Shown here: positions 52,557-64,000 of the stretch, piece by piece | How the letters are laid out: each line of letters starts with the position of its first letter | Position numbering within the stretch: the stretch's first letter is position 1 | Source: Eledone cirrhosa | Taxonomy: Eukaryota | NCBI GenBank assembly: GCA_964016885.1 | Contig: OZ024764.1 | Span: 16,244,001 to 16,308,000 of the forward strand | DNA: 64,000 nucleotides | Direction of reading: 5' to 3' | Translations under genes and position numbers: made by a program | Notes under the pieces: model-generated | Database searches by the model: none | What the model saw: only the letters and a program-made list of their open reading frames with translations | Told to the model about the DNA's origin: nothing

Positions 52557-55500
52557 ATATTGGGTCGTCAAGTAGGAAATTTGTAGAAATTTGTTGTTTT
52601 TCTACTAATTTCTACAAATTTCATACTTAACTTTCATACAAAATTCATAAATGATATTGGGTTGTCAAGTAGGAAATTTGTAGAAATTTGTTGTTTTTCT
52701 ACTAATTTCTACAAATTTCATACTTAACTTTCATACAAAATTCATAAATGATATTGGGTTGTCAAGTAGGAAATTTGTAGAAATTTGTTGTTTTTCTACT
52801 AATTTCTACAAATTTCATACTTAACTTTCATACAAAATTCATAAATGATATTGGGTTGTCAAGTAGGAAATTTGTAGAAATTTTTTTTTTTTCTACTAAT
52901 TTAAACTCAGACTAGTCCTGAATAAAACAATTACCACAATAATATCAGCTTACGCACCCCAATCGGGGCTGCCAGACGAACTTAAGGATAGGTTTTACGA
53001 GTCCCTAATACACACTACTGCTCTAACAGACGACAAGGACTTCCTAATCATCACAGGAGATTTTAACGGACACGTAGGTAAACACTGCGACGGCTTCAAT
53101 AGAGTACATGGAGGCCATGGGGTTGGCACAAGGAATGAGGAAGGATTCAGACTTCTAGAATTCTGCGACGCCAATGACATGTCGATATGTAACACAAACT
53201 TTAAAAAACCCGACAACCACCTGATCACCTATAGATCAGGGGAGCACTCTAGTCAGTTAGATTTTATCCTCATCAGAGGACGTGACAGATGGACGGTCGT
53301 AAACACAAAAGCCTTCCCTAGTGAGGAATGTACATCCCAACATAGCTTAGTTGTCAGCGACCTCACAGTCAGAACTAGACGAACCCGGAAACAGAGGCCA
53401 ACCTGGAGAAGAAAGATCTGGAAGCTGAAAGTCCTCTCAACCAGTAACAGATTTAAAGATATTTTACTCAACGCCTACGACAGTAAAGAAGAACAGATAG
53501 AGACATTTAATGTAGAAGAGAACTGGGAGTTCCTAAAAAATAATTTACTAGAGGCGACGGATGAGGTCTGTGGCTGGAGTAAGACTTCAAGCAGGAGGAG
53601 AGTGACTTGGTGGTGGAACAATAAGGTAGATGAAGCAGTTAAGGCCAAGAGACAGGCATGGAAAGAATGGAAGAACGGGGGGATCAGGGTACATTACATA
53701 GAGACCAAGAGGGAAGCTAGGCGACAAGTATACTTAGCTAGGAGGGAAGCAGAGGATAGAAAATTCAAGCATGTTTTACAACGTGAGGACCAGAAACAGG
53801 AGGTATTCAAGATTGCGAGGCAGTGTGTCAGAGATAGTTGTGATGTCATTGGAGAGAAGTGTATCCGGAATGATAAAGGTGAGCTTGCCCTCACAAGTGC
53901 TGAGAAGAAAGATGCATGGAAGAGTCATTATGATAGATTACTAAATGAGGAGAATGCATGGGAAGAAGAGACCCTACCCCAAGTAGACCCTATAGAGGGA
54001 CCAGCAGTACAAGTCAGCGGCAGCGTAGTAAGTAAGGCAATCAAAGATATGAAGATGGGGAAGGCAACCGGCCCATCGGGTATAGCTGCCGAGATGCTGA
54101 AGGCATCTGGGTCTGTAGGTCACACTATAACCACACGTATCGTTAACCAGGTAATACTAGAAGGGGCCATACCAAAAGATTGGTGCAGTAGTATCATTGT
54201 CAACTGCTACAAAGGTAAAGGCGATGCACTAGATAGAGGAAACTATAGAGGTATAAAGTTGATGGACCAGGTCATGAAAGTAACAGAAAGAGTTATAGCA
54301 CAGCTGATTAGGGACCGGGTGAAAATAGACGAGATGCAATTTGAGTTTGTACCAGGAAGAGGCACCACTGATGCCCTCTTCCTTGTGAGGCAATTACAGG
54401 AAAAGTACCTAGCTAAAAGTAAGCCACTCTACTTGGCATTTGTCGACCTTGAGAAAGCCTTTGACAGAGTTCCACGTGCTGTAATCTGGTGGGCTCTTAG
54501 AAAACTAGGAGTAGATGAATGGCTTGTGAAAGCGGTACAAGCCATGTATAGGGGAGCAGTCAGCAAAGTTAGGATTAGCAATGAGTATAGCGAGGAATTT
54601 AGCGTACAGGTTGGGGTCCACCAGGGCTCTGTTCTTAGCCCTCTCCTGTTCATCATAGTCCTGCAGGCAATAACGGAGGAGTTTAAGACCGGATGCCCAT
54701 GGGAACTCCTGTATTCTGATGACCTCGCACTCATAGCTGAATCTATGGTAGAACTAGAGAATAAATTCCAAACCTGGAAGCAGGGACTAGAAAGAAAGGG
54801 TCTCAAAGTCAACATGACAAAGACTAAGGTCCTTGTAAGTAGACGAGAAAACAGAACCCAGATCCCCTCAGGGAAATGGCCTTGCTCAGTATGTAGGAAA
54901 AGTGTAGGTAGGAACTCCATTCTCTGCCCCAAATGCAAACAATGGGTACACAAGAGATGTAGCGGGATCTCAGGAAGCTTAATTAAGAATGTAGGATTCA
55001 CATGCAGCAGCTGTGCTGAGACAGCAAACAGCAAACAGCAACAGGAAACAAATACCACCAATCTCTGGGAGGGCTCTGTAGAAACAGTAGACAGCTTCTG
55101 CTACCTAGGTGACCGAATTAGCAAAGGAGGTGGGTGTTCAGAAAGTAAAATAACTAGGGTAAGAACGGGATGGAAGAAGTTTAGGGAACTACTACCACTG
55201 CTAGCTGCAAAAGGCTTCTCCCTCAGAATGAAAGGCAGACTGTATGATGCGTGTATCCGAACAGCGATGTTGCATGGTAGTGAGACCTGGGCGCTGAAGG
55301 TGGAAGACTTACGTAGATTAGAGAGAAACGAAGCCTGCATGCTCCAATGGTTGTGTAACAGTAATATACATGAACGACAAAGCATAAATGAATTGAGAGA
55401 GAGACTGAGCATAAGAGGAATCAAATGCTGTGTGCAGGAGAGGCGGTTGCACTGGTATGGACATGTGATGCGTATGAAGGATGACAGCTGCATAAAAAGG

Positions 55501-58500
55501 TGCAGAGCACTAGAAGTTGATGGAAACCGCGGAGTGGGGAGACCCAAGATGACCTGGGATGAGGTGATAAAAGCCGACCTTACCCAATTACACCTCTCAA
55601 AGACAATGACACACGACCGTGACTTCTGGCGTCACGCAGTAATACAGAGTACCCGACCTCCCATGGGTACAAGCTGAAGCATATAGACAATATGCCCCCA
55701 CACCCCCCACCGCAAGGTGGTCGTGGAGGTGCCACGGCAAAAAAGCACCCAGCCCACACTGTAAAGTGGACATGTAGGCGCCACGAAAAAGCACCCAGCA
55801 CTCACTGTAAATGAGGTTGGTGTTAGGAAGGGCATCCAGCTGTAGAAATCAAGCCAAATCAGTTCCTGTATGAGCAAGGCATGGTCAGCCGACCAGACAC
55901 TGCCCACAACAGGACAACCCGTCTAACCCATGCTAGCGTGGAAGAACGGACGTAAAACGGTGATGATGATGATGATGATGATGAATTTCTACAAATTTCA
56001 TACTTAACTTTCATACAAAATTCATAAAAGATATTGGGTTGTCAAGTAGGAAATTTGTAGAAATTTGTTGTTTTTCTACTAATTTCTACAAATTTCATAC
56101 TTAACTTTCATACAAAATTCATAAATGATATTGGGTTGTCAAGTAGGAAATTTGTAGAAATTTGTTGTTTTTCTACTAATTTCTACAAATTTCATACTTA
56201 ACTTTCATACAAAATTCATAAATGATATTGGGTTGTCAAGTAGGAAATTTGTAAAAATTTTTTTTTTTTTTTCTAATTTCTACAAATTTCATACTTAACT
56301 TTCATACAAAATTCATAAATGATATTGGGTTGTCAAGTAGGAAATTTGTAGAAATTTTTTTTTTTTTTTTTAATTTCTACAAATTTCATACTTAACTTTC
56401 ATACAAAATTCATAAATGATATTGGGTTGTCAAGTAGGAAATTTGTAGAAATTTTTTTTTTTTTTTTTAATTTCTACAAATTTCATACTTAACTTTCATA
56501 CAAAATTCATAAATGATATTGGGTTGTCAAGTAGGAAATTTGTAGAAATTTGTTGTTTTTCTACTAATTTCTACAAATTTCATACTTAACTTTCATACAA
56601 AATTCATAAATGATATTGGGTTGTCAAGTAGGAAATTTGTAAAAATTTTTTTTTTTTTTTCTAATTTCTACAAATTTCATACTTAACTTTCATACAAAAT
56701 TCATAAATGATATTGGGTTGTCAAGTAGGAAATTTGTAGAAATTTTTTTTTTTTTTTTTAATTTCTACAAATTTCATACTTAACTTTCATACAAAATTCA
56801 TAAATGATATTGGGTTGTCAAGTAGGAAATTTGTAGAAATTTGTTGTTTTTCTACTAATTTCTACAAATTTCATACTTAACTTTCATACAAAATTCATAA
56901 ATGATATTGGGTTGTCAAGTAGGAAATTTGTAGAAATTTTTTTTTTTTTTTCTAATTTCTACAAATTTCATACTTAACTTTCATACAAAATTCATAAATG
57001 ATATTGGGTTGTCAAGTAGGAAATTTGTAGAAATTTTTTTTTTTTTTTTTAATTTCTACAAATTTCATACTTAACTTTCATACAAAATTCATAAATGATA
57101 TTGGGTTGTCAAGTAGGAAATTTGTAGAAATTTGTTGTTTTTCTACTAATTTCTACAAATTTCATACTTAACTTTCATACAAAATTCATAAATGATATTG
57201 GGTTGTCAAGTAGGAAATTTGTAAAAATTTTTTTTTTTTTTTCTAATTTCTACAAATTTCATACTTAACTTTCATACAAAATTCATAAATGATATTGGGT
57301 TGTCAAGTAGGAAATTTGTAGAAATTTTTTTTTTTTTTTTTAATTTCTACAAATTTCATACTTAACTTTCATACAAAATTCATAAATGATATTGGGTTGT
57401 CAAGTAGGAAATTTGTAGAAATTTGTTGTTTTTCTACTAATTTCTACAAATTTCATACTTAACTTTCATACAAAATTCATAAATGATATTGGGTTGTCAA
57501 GTAGGAAATTTGTAGAAATTTTTTTTTTTTTTTTTAATTTCTACAAATTTCATACTTAACTTTCATACAAAATTCATAAATGATATTGGGTTGTCAAGTA
57601 GGAAATTTGTAGAAATTTGTTGTTTTTCTACTAATTTCTACAAATTTCATACTTAACTTTCATACAAAATTCATAAATGATATTGGGTTGTCAAGTAGGA
57701 AATTTGTAGAAATTTTTTTTTTTTTTTTTAATTTCTACAAATTTCATACTTAACTTTCATACAAAATTCATAAATGATATTGGGTTGTCAAGTAGGAAAT
57801 TTGTAGAAATTTGTTGTTTTTCTACTAATTTCTACAAATTTCATACTTAACTTTCATACAAAATTCATAAATGATATTGGGTTGTCAAGTAGGAAATTTG
57901 TAGAAATTTTTTTTTTTTTTTTTAATTTCTACAAATTTCAAACTTAACTTTCATACAAAATTCATAAATGATATTGGGTTGTCAAGTAGGAAATTTGTAA
58001 AAATTTTTTTCTTTTTTTCTAATTTCTACAAATTTCATACTTAACTTTCATACAAAATTCATAAATGATATTGGGTTGTCAAGTAGGAAATTTGTAGAAA
58101 TTTTTTTTTTTTTTTTAATTTCTACAAATTTCATACTTAACTTTCATACAAAATTCATAAATGATATTGGGTTGTCAAGTAGGAAATTTGTAGAAATTTG
58201 TTGTTTTTCTACTAATTTCTACAAATTTCATACTTAACTTTCATACAAAATTCATAAATGATATTGGGTTGTCAAGTTGGAAATTTGTAAAAATTTTTTT
58301 TTTTTTTTCTAATTTCTACAAATTTCATACTTAACTTTCATACAAAATTCATAAATGATATTGGGTTGTCAAGTAGGAAATTTGTAGAAATTTTTTTTTT
58401 TTTTTTTAATTTCTACAAATTTCAAACTTAACTTTCATACAAAATTCATAAATGATATTGGGTTGTCAAGTAGGAAATTTGTAAAAATTTTTTTTTTTTT

Positions 58501-61436
58501 TTCTAATTTCTACAAATTTCATACTTAACTTTCATACAAAATTCATAAATGATATTGGGTTGTCAAGTAGGAAATTTGTAGAAATTTTTTTTTTTTTTTT
58601 TAATTTCTACAAATTTCATACTTAACTTTCATACAAAATTCATAAATGATATTGGGTTGTCAAGTAGGAAATTTGTAGAAATTTGTTGTTTTTCTACTAA
58701 TTTCTACAAATTTCATACTTAACTTTCATACAAAATTCATAAATGATATTGGGTTGTCAAGTTGGAAATTTGTAAAAATTTTTTTTTTTTTTTCTAATTT
58801 CTACAAATTTCATACTTAACTTTCATACAAAATTCATAAATGATATTGGGTTGTCAAGTAGGAAATTTGTAGAAATTTGTTGTTTTTCTACTAATTTCTA
58901 CAAATTTCATACTTAACTTTCATACAAAATTCATAAATGATATTGGGTTGTCAAGTAGGAAATTTGTAGAAATTTTTTTTTTTTTTCTAATTTCTACAAA
59001 TTTCCTACTTGACAACCCAATATCATTTATGAATTTTGTATGAAAGTTAAGTATGAAATTTGTAGAAATTAGTAGAAAAACAACAAATTTCTACAAATTT
59101 CCTACTTGACAACCCAATATCATTTATGAATTTTGTATGAAAGTTAAGTATGAAATTTGTAGAAATTTGTTGTTTTTCTACTAATTTCTACAAATTTCAT
59201 ACTTAACTTTCATACAAAATTCATAAATGATATTGGGTTGTCAAGTAGGAAATTTGTAAAAATTTTTTTTTTTTTTCTAATTTCTACAAATTTCATACTT
59301 AACTTTCATACAAAATTCATAAATGATATTGGGTTGTCAAGTAGGAAATTTGTAAAAATTTTTTTTTTTTTTTCTAATTTCTACAAATTTCATACTTAAC
59401 TTTCATACAAAATTCATAAATGATATTGGGTTGTCAAGTTGGAAATTTGTAAAAATTTTTTTTTTTTTTTCTAATTTCTACAAATTTCATACTTAACTTT
59501 CATACAAAATTCATAAATGATATTGGGTTGTCAAGTAGGAAATTTGTAGAAATTTGTTGTTTTTCTACTAATTTCTACAAATTTCATACTTAACTTTCAT
59601 ACAAAATTCCTAAATGATATTGGGTTGTCAAGTAGGAAATTTGTAGAAATTTGTTGTTTTTCTACTAATTTCTACAAATTTCATACTTAACTTTCATACA
59701 AAATTCATAAATGATATTGGGTTGTCAAGTAGGAAATTTGTAGAAATTTGTTGTTTTTCTACTAATTTCTACAAATTTCATACTTAACTTTCATACAAAA
59801 TTCCTAAATGATATTGGGTTGTCAAGTAGGAAATTTGTAGAAATTTGTTGTTTTTCTACTAATTTCTACAAATTTCATACTTAACTTTCATACAAAATTC
59901 CTAAATGATATTGGGTTGTCAAGTAGGAAATTTGTAGAAATTTGTTGTTTTTCTACTAATTTCTACAAATTTCATACTTAACTTTCATACAAAATTCATA
60001 AATGATATTGGGTTGTCAAGTAGGAAATTTGTAGAAATTTGTTGTTTTTCTACTAATTTCTACAAATTTCATACTTAACTTTCATACAAAATTCCTAAAT
60101 GATATTGGGTTGTCAAGTAGGAAATTTGTAGAAATTTGTTGTTTTTCTACTAATTTCTACAAATTTCATACTTAACTTTCATACAAAATTCATAAATGAT
60201 ATTGGGTTGTCAAGTAGGAAATTTGTAAAAATTTTTTTTTTTTTTTCTAATTTCTACAAATTTCATACTTAACTTTCATACAAAATTCATAAATGATATT
60301 GGGTTGTCAAGTTGGAAATTTGTAAAAATTTTTTTTTTTTTTTCTAATTTCTACAAATTTCATACTTAACTTTCATACAAAATTCATAAATGATATTGGG
60401 TTGTCAAGTAGGAAATTTGTAGAAATTTGTTGTTTTTCTACTAATTTCTACAAATTTCATACTTAACTTTCATACAAAATTCCTAAATGATATTGGGTTG
60501 TCAAGTAGGAAATTTGTAGAAATTTTTTTTTTTTTTTTTAATTTCTACAAATTTCATACTTAACTTTCATACAAAATTCATAAATGATATTGGGTTGTCA
60601 AGTAGGAAATTTGTAGAAATTTGTTGTTTTTCTACTAATTTCTACAAATTTCATACTTAACTTTCATACAAAATTCATAAATGATATTGGGTTGTCAAGT
60701 AGGAAATTTGTAAAAATTTTTTTTTTTTTTTCTAATTTCTACAAATTTCATACTTAACTTTCATACAAAATTCATAAATGATATTGGGTTGTCAAGTTGG
60801 AAATTTGTAAAAATTTTTTTTTTTTTTTCTAATTTCTACAAATTTCATACTTAACTTTCATACAAAATTCATAAATGATATTGGGTTGTCAAGTAGGAAA
60901 TTTGTAGAAATTTGTTGTTTTTCTACTAATTTCTACAAATTTCATACTTAACTTTCATACAAAATTCCTAAATGATATTGGGTTGTCAAGTAGGAAATTT
61001 GTAGAAATTTGTTGTTTTTCTACTAATTTCTACAAATTTCATACTTAACTTTCATACAAAATTCATAAATGATATTGGGTTGTCAAGTAGGAAATTTGTA
61101 GAAATTTGTTGTTTTTCTACTAATTTCTACAAATTTCATACTTAACTTTCATACAAAATTCCTAAATGATATTGGGTTGTCAAGTAGGAAATTTGTAGAA
61201 ATTTGTTGTTTTTCTACTAATTTCTACAAATTTCATACTTAACTTTCATACAAAATTCATAAATGATATTGGGTTGTCAAGTAGGAAATTTGTAAAAATT
61301 TTTTTTTTTTTTTCTAATTTCTACAAATTTCATACTTAACTTTCATACAAAATTCATAAATGATATTGGGTTGTCAAGTAGGAAATTTGTAGAAATATTT
61401 TTTTTTTTTCCTAATTTCTACAAATTTCATACTTAA
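52557..61436. repeat. 97-bp satellite (~60 units) in the last DHX37 intron, interrupted by the LINE
   Basis: Period 97 (52652, 52749). Each unit holds the 16-bp inverted repeat GAAATTTGTAGAAATT / AATTTCTACAAATTTC. Confidence 0.97.
52903..55983 (+). mobile_element. 5'-truncated RTE/RTE-X non-LTR retrotransposon (partial APE + RT + PHD-like finger)
   Basis: Frame open from 52903 (IISAYAPQ, GDFNGHVG) to 55677; RT motifs QGSVLSP and YSDD; CSVC..CPKC..HKRC finger; (GAT)n tail; apparent 5-bp TSD AATTT (52898-52902, 55984-55988). Confidence 0.96.
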
Positions 61437-61765
61437 TGGCTTAGTGGTTAGAGCGGCCTTGCAATCGAAAGGTTGTGAGTTCAATTCTCAGACCGGGTGA
61501 TGTGTTGTTTCCTTGAGCAAGACACTTTATTTGACATTGCTCCAGTTTACTCAGCTGTAGAAATGAGATGATAGGGACTGGGGTCCCTATCATTCCACTG
61601 CAAAGTGGTTGTGGAGGTGCCACGGCAAAAAAGCACCCAGCACTCACTGTAAATGAGGTTGGTGTTAGGAAGGGCATCCAGCTGTAGAAATCAAGCCAGC
61701 ATCAGTTCCCGCCCCACCCTTGCAAGCAGGAAAAAGTGGACGTAAAATGAAATGATGATGATGAT
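61437..61765 (+). mobile_element. SINE family B at the satellite's right boundary
   Basis: Near-identical to 27347-27677. Confidence 0.9.
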
Positions 61766-62032
61766 TATATGTATGTATGGTTGAGAGGAAATGAGAAAGA
61801 TATAGAGGAAGAATCAACCCCAGTACTAAACTGGTACCTTTTTTTTTTATCGACCTCAAAAGGATGAAAGGCAAAGTTAATCTCGGGATTACAACTGAGA
61901 AAGCAGAGAGCCGGAACAAATACCATTCTATGACATTCTAAGAGAGAGGAGTAGTATGAGGTAGTCAAACTACTCCCCTCACTTTAAGTGTTGTGACAGA
62001 ATCGCAGAAATTTATATATATATACGACTTAC

Positions 62033-62130
62033 AAGTCTTATTTGTTGCCCATTTCTCCATCAGTGACTTCTTATCCTCCACCTCTGCTACAAGGAGGCAC
62101 TTCAACAACTTTTCAGTGTCTGGCTTCAAC
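62033..62130 (-). CDS. DHX37: DHX37 penultimate exon
   Basis: LKPDTEKLLKCLLVAEVEDKKSLMEKWATNKT; AG/GTAAGT; phases match both neighbours. Confidence 0.88.
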
Positions 62131-62203
62131 CTATCACAGGAGAACGAAAGACATTTAGTTTAATCCTTTAATATTTAGTTTAATCCTTTAATATTTAGTT
62201 TAA

Positions 62204-62820
62204 TCCTTTAGCAACACAGTCTCCTCTCTTGGACACAACGTCTGGTTCCTCTTATACCCAATTCTTCCACTCATACTAATCTTAAGGTATTGTCCTCAAA
62301 GTAAATAATATCAAAATCTTATAGATTCGATATTATGTGAGATAAAGCCTTTACTGTGAAAATACAATAGTATATATAGAGTAATGTAAATGTTATGTGA
62401 GATAAAGCCTTTACTGTGACAATACAATAGTATATATAGAGTAATGTAAATGTTATGTGAGATATTATGTGAGGTAAAGCCTTTACTGTGACAATACAAT
62501 AGTATATATAGAGTAATGTAAATGTTATGTGAGATATTATGTGAGGTAAAGCCTTTACTGTGACAATACAATAGTATATATAGAGTAATGTAAATGTTAT
62601 GTGAGATATTATGTGAGGTAAAGCCTTTACTGTGACAATACAATAGTATATATAGAGTAATGTAAATGTTATGTGAGGTATTATGTGAGGTAAAGCCTTT
62701 ACTGTGACAATACAAAAGTATATATAGAGTAATGTAAATGTTATGTGAGGTATTATGTGAGGTAAAGCCTTTACTGTGACAATACAAAAGTATATATAGA
62801 GTAATGTAAATGATAACGGG
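62204..62820 (-). mobile_element. piggyBac-type VNTR MITE, diverged
   Basis: TTAA-TCCTTTAGCA left end, 72-bp units, GGG-TTAA right end. Confidence 0.75.
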
Positions 62821-62928
62821 TTAACTTGCCACAGGAGAACGAAGGACATAATATTTAGTGTCAACCTGTCACAAGACAACGAAGGATGAGATCAAACAAA
62901 AATTGATGACCAGCAGCAGATGTCTTAC

Positions 62929-63097
62929 CTTGACCAGTACTTGACCATCACACATGGTGGGTCCTTCATGTAAGGGGCAAACCTTTTTAATGCTGGACAT
63001 ACTTCCCCCTCAAGGAAGTAACGGCCAAACCATTTACATAGATCTGGGCCCTTTGGATATTCCACTTCCACAGTTTCAAAGGGCCAACATTTGGGTC
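62929..63097 (-). CDS. DHX37: DHX37 exon
   Basis: PKCWPFETVEVEYPKGPDLCKWFGRYFLEGEVCPAL...MVKYWS resembles WPLPAIEVDFP..FARFLLEGQV; the only open frame. Confidence 0.9.
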
Positions 63098-63436
63098 CTG
63101 TAGGGAGAGAAATAGAACAGAATATAGCTGGTGGTTATATATGTTGGGTGGTCAAGGGTTTGGTCCCTAGTTCAGGAAGTGTTTGTCTTTGATCTAGGGA
63201 CCAGCAGGGACAGTATATAGAGTTAGATACAACAATTGTGAAGTGTAGGGGGTCAAGGGTTTGATCCCTAGTTTCAGGTGGGTTGTGTCTTTGATCTAGG
63301 GACCAGCAGGGACAGGAATAGAGTTAGATACAGCAATTGTGAAGTGTAGGGGTCTCGGTGGATATCAAGAGAATGAAAAAGTAAAGAGTAAAAGAACAAA
63401 AGATTCTGGTGAATAAAAAAAAAAGGGGCAACTTAC

Positions 63437-63574
63437 CGAAAGTTCCTGACATGTGACACAGAACTTTGCCAGTGGTGACATCAAATCTTGGAGCAGGAGA
63501 TTCTTGAGGTTTGGAAAACTGACAAAGGTTTGGTAATATCAATGGGAACCATTGTGGCTCAATACCAGCAACAG
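63437..63574 (-). CDS. DHX37: DHX37 exon (upstream exons lie beyond the window)
   Basis: VAGIEPQWFPLILPNLCQFSKPQESPAPRFDVTTGKVLCH resembles [28 protein letters not shown]. Confidence 0.9.
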
Positions 63575-63619
63575 CTGTAGAAATAGACAACGGTGTGTAT
63601 ATGTATATATGTGTATATC

Positions 63620-63650
<31 letters not shown>

Positions 63651-64000
63651 GTGAAGGCGTCTGGCTGAGTGGTTAGAGAATTAGATTCACAATCTTGAGG
63701 TTGTGAGTTCGATTCCTGGACCGGGTGATGTGTTATGTCCTTGAGCAAGACACTTTATTTCACGTTGTTCCTTCTACCTGGAGTTGCGACCGATAGATAG
63801 TATTAGCAATTGGAAAGACCAACGGAAACATTGTTTCCTCGGTCCGATTTGACAAAAGTCGATTGATCCTATATATATATATATATATATTTATTTATTT
63901 CCTAAATTTTGTTTTCAAATCCATATTTAATAAACACACCGTGTTATTTATTCGTTCTGACGACTGAAGACAGATATAAATGTCTTCCACTGGTAAATGA

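Noticed and set aside
55800-55850. Hammerhead in the RTE 3' UTR (CTGTAAATGAG...GAAA)
   Set aside because: No CUGANGA core and no stem III.
55984-61436. CRISPR-like array (palindromic repeats with variable middles)
   Set aside because: Eukaryotic intron; the variable parts are a few recurring loop variants rather than unique spacers; no cas genes.
63955-64000. CTGACGA plus GAAGACA/TGTCTTC hairpin as another hammerhead
   Set aside because: No GAAA follows the stem before the window ends, so it cannot be evaluated.

Overview
Eukaryotic, AT- and microsatellite-rich DNA, most likely from an octopus or other coleoid cephalopod (inferred from the repeat landscape and the TGEKPY C2H2 array). I reconstructed four genes by hand: (1) a 12-finger C2H2 zinc-finger gene (minus, 18353-19372); (2) a single-exon CD225/dispanin membrane protein (plus, 23346-23801); (3) a complete 8-exon fructosamine/ketosamine-3-kinase gene (minus, 38220-47377, 939 nt, 312 aa); (4) the last four exons of DHX37 (minus, 52373-63574). 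The rest is repeats: a 5'-truncated RTE/RTE-X LINE inserted into a 97-bp satellite, SINEs including one that shares this LINE's 3' tail, piggyBac-type MITEs carrying a 72-bp VNTR, and many mini- and microsatellites. Most long ORFs in the supplied track are repeat artefacts. The top unexplained signal is a duplicated, structured ~165-nt RNA-gene-like unit (2936-3100 and 4657-4805, minus) with a TATA box at -31, a B box and an oligo-T end, which matches no RNA family I recognise. Also notable are several Penelope-type minimal hammerhead ribozymes, including an inverted pair in an FN3K intron; an inversion inside the satellite bounded by its own internal inverted repeat; and a five-fold duplicated splice acceptor in FN3K. 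Gene identities rest on remembered motifs and homologue sequences, not on database searches.
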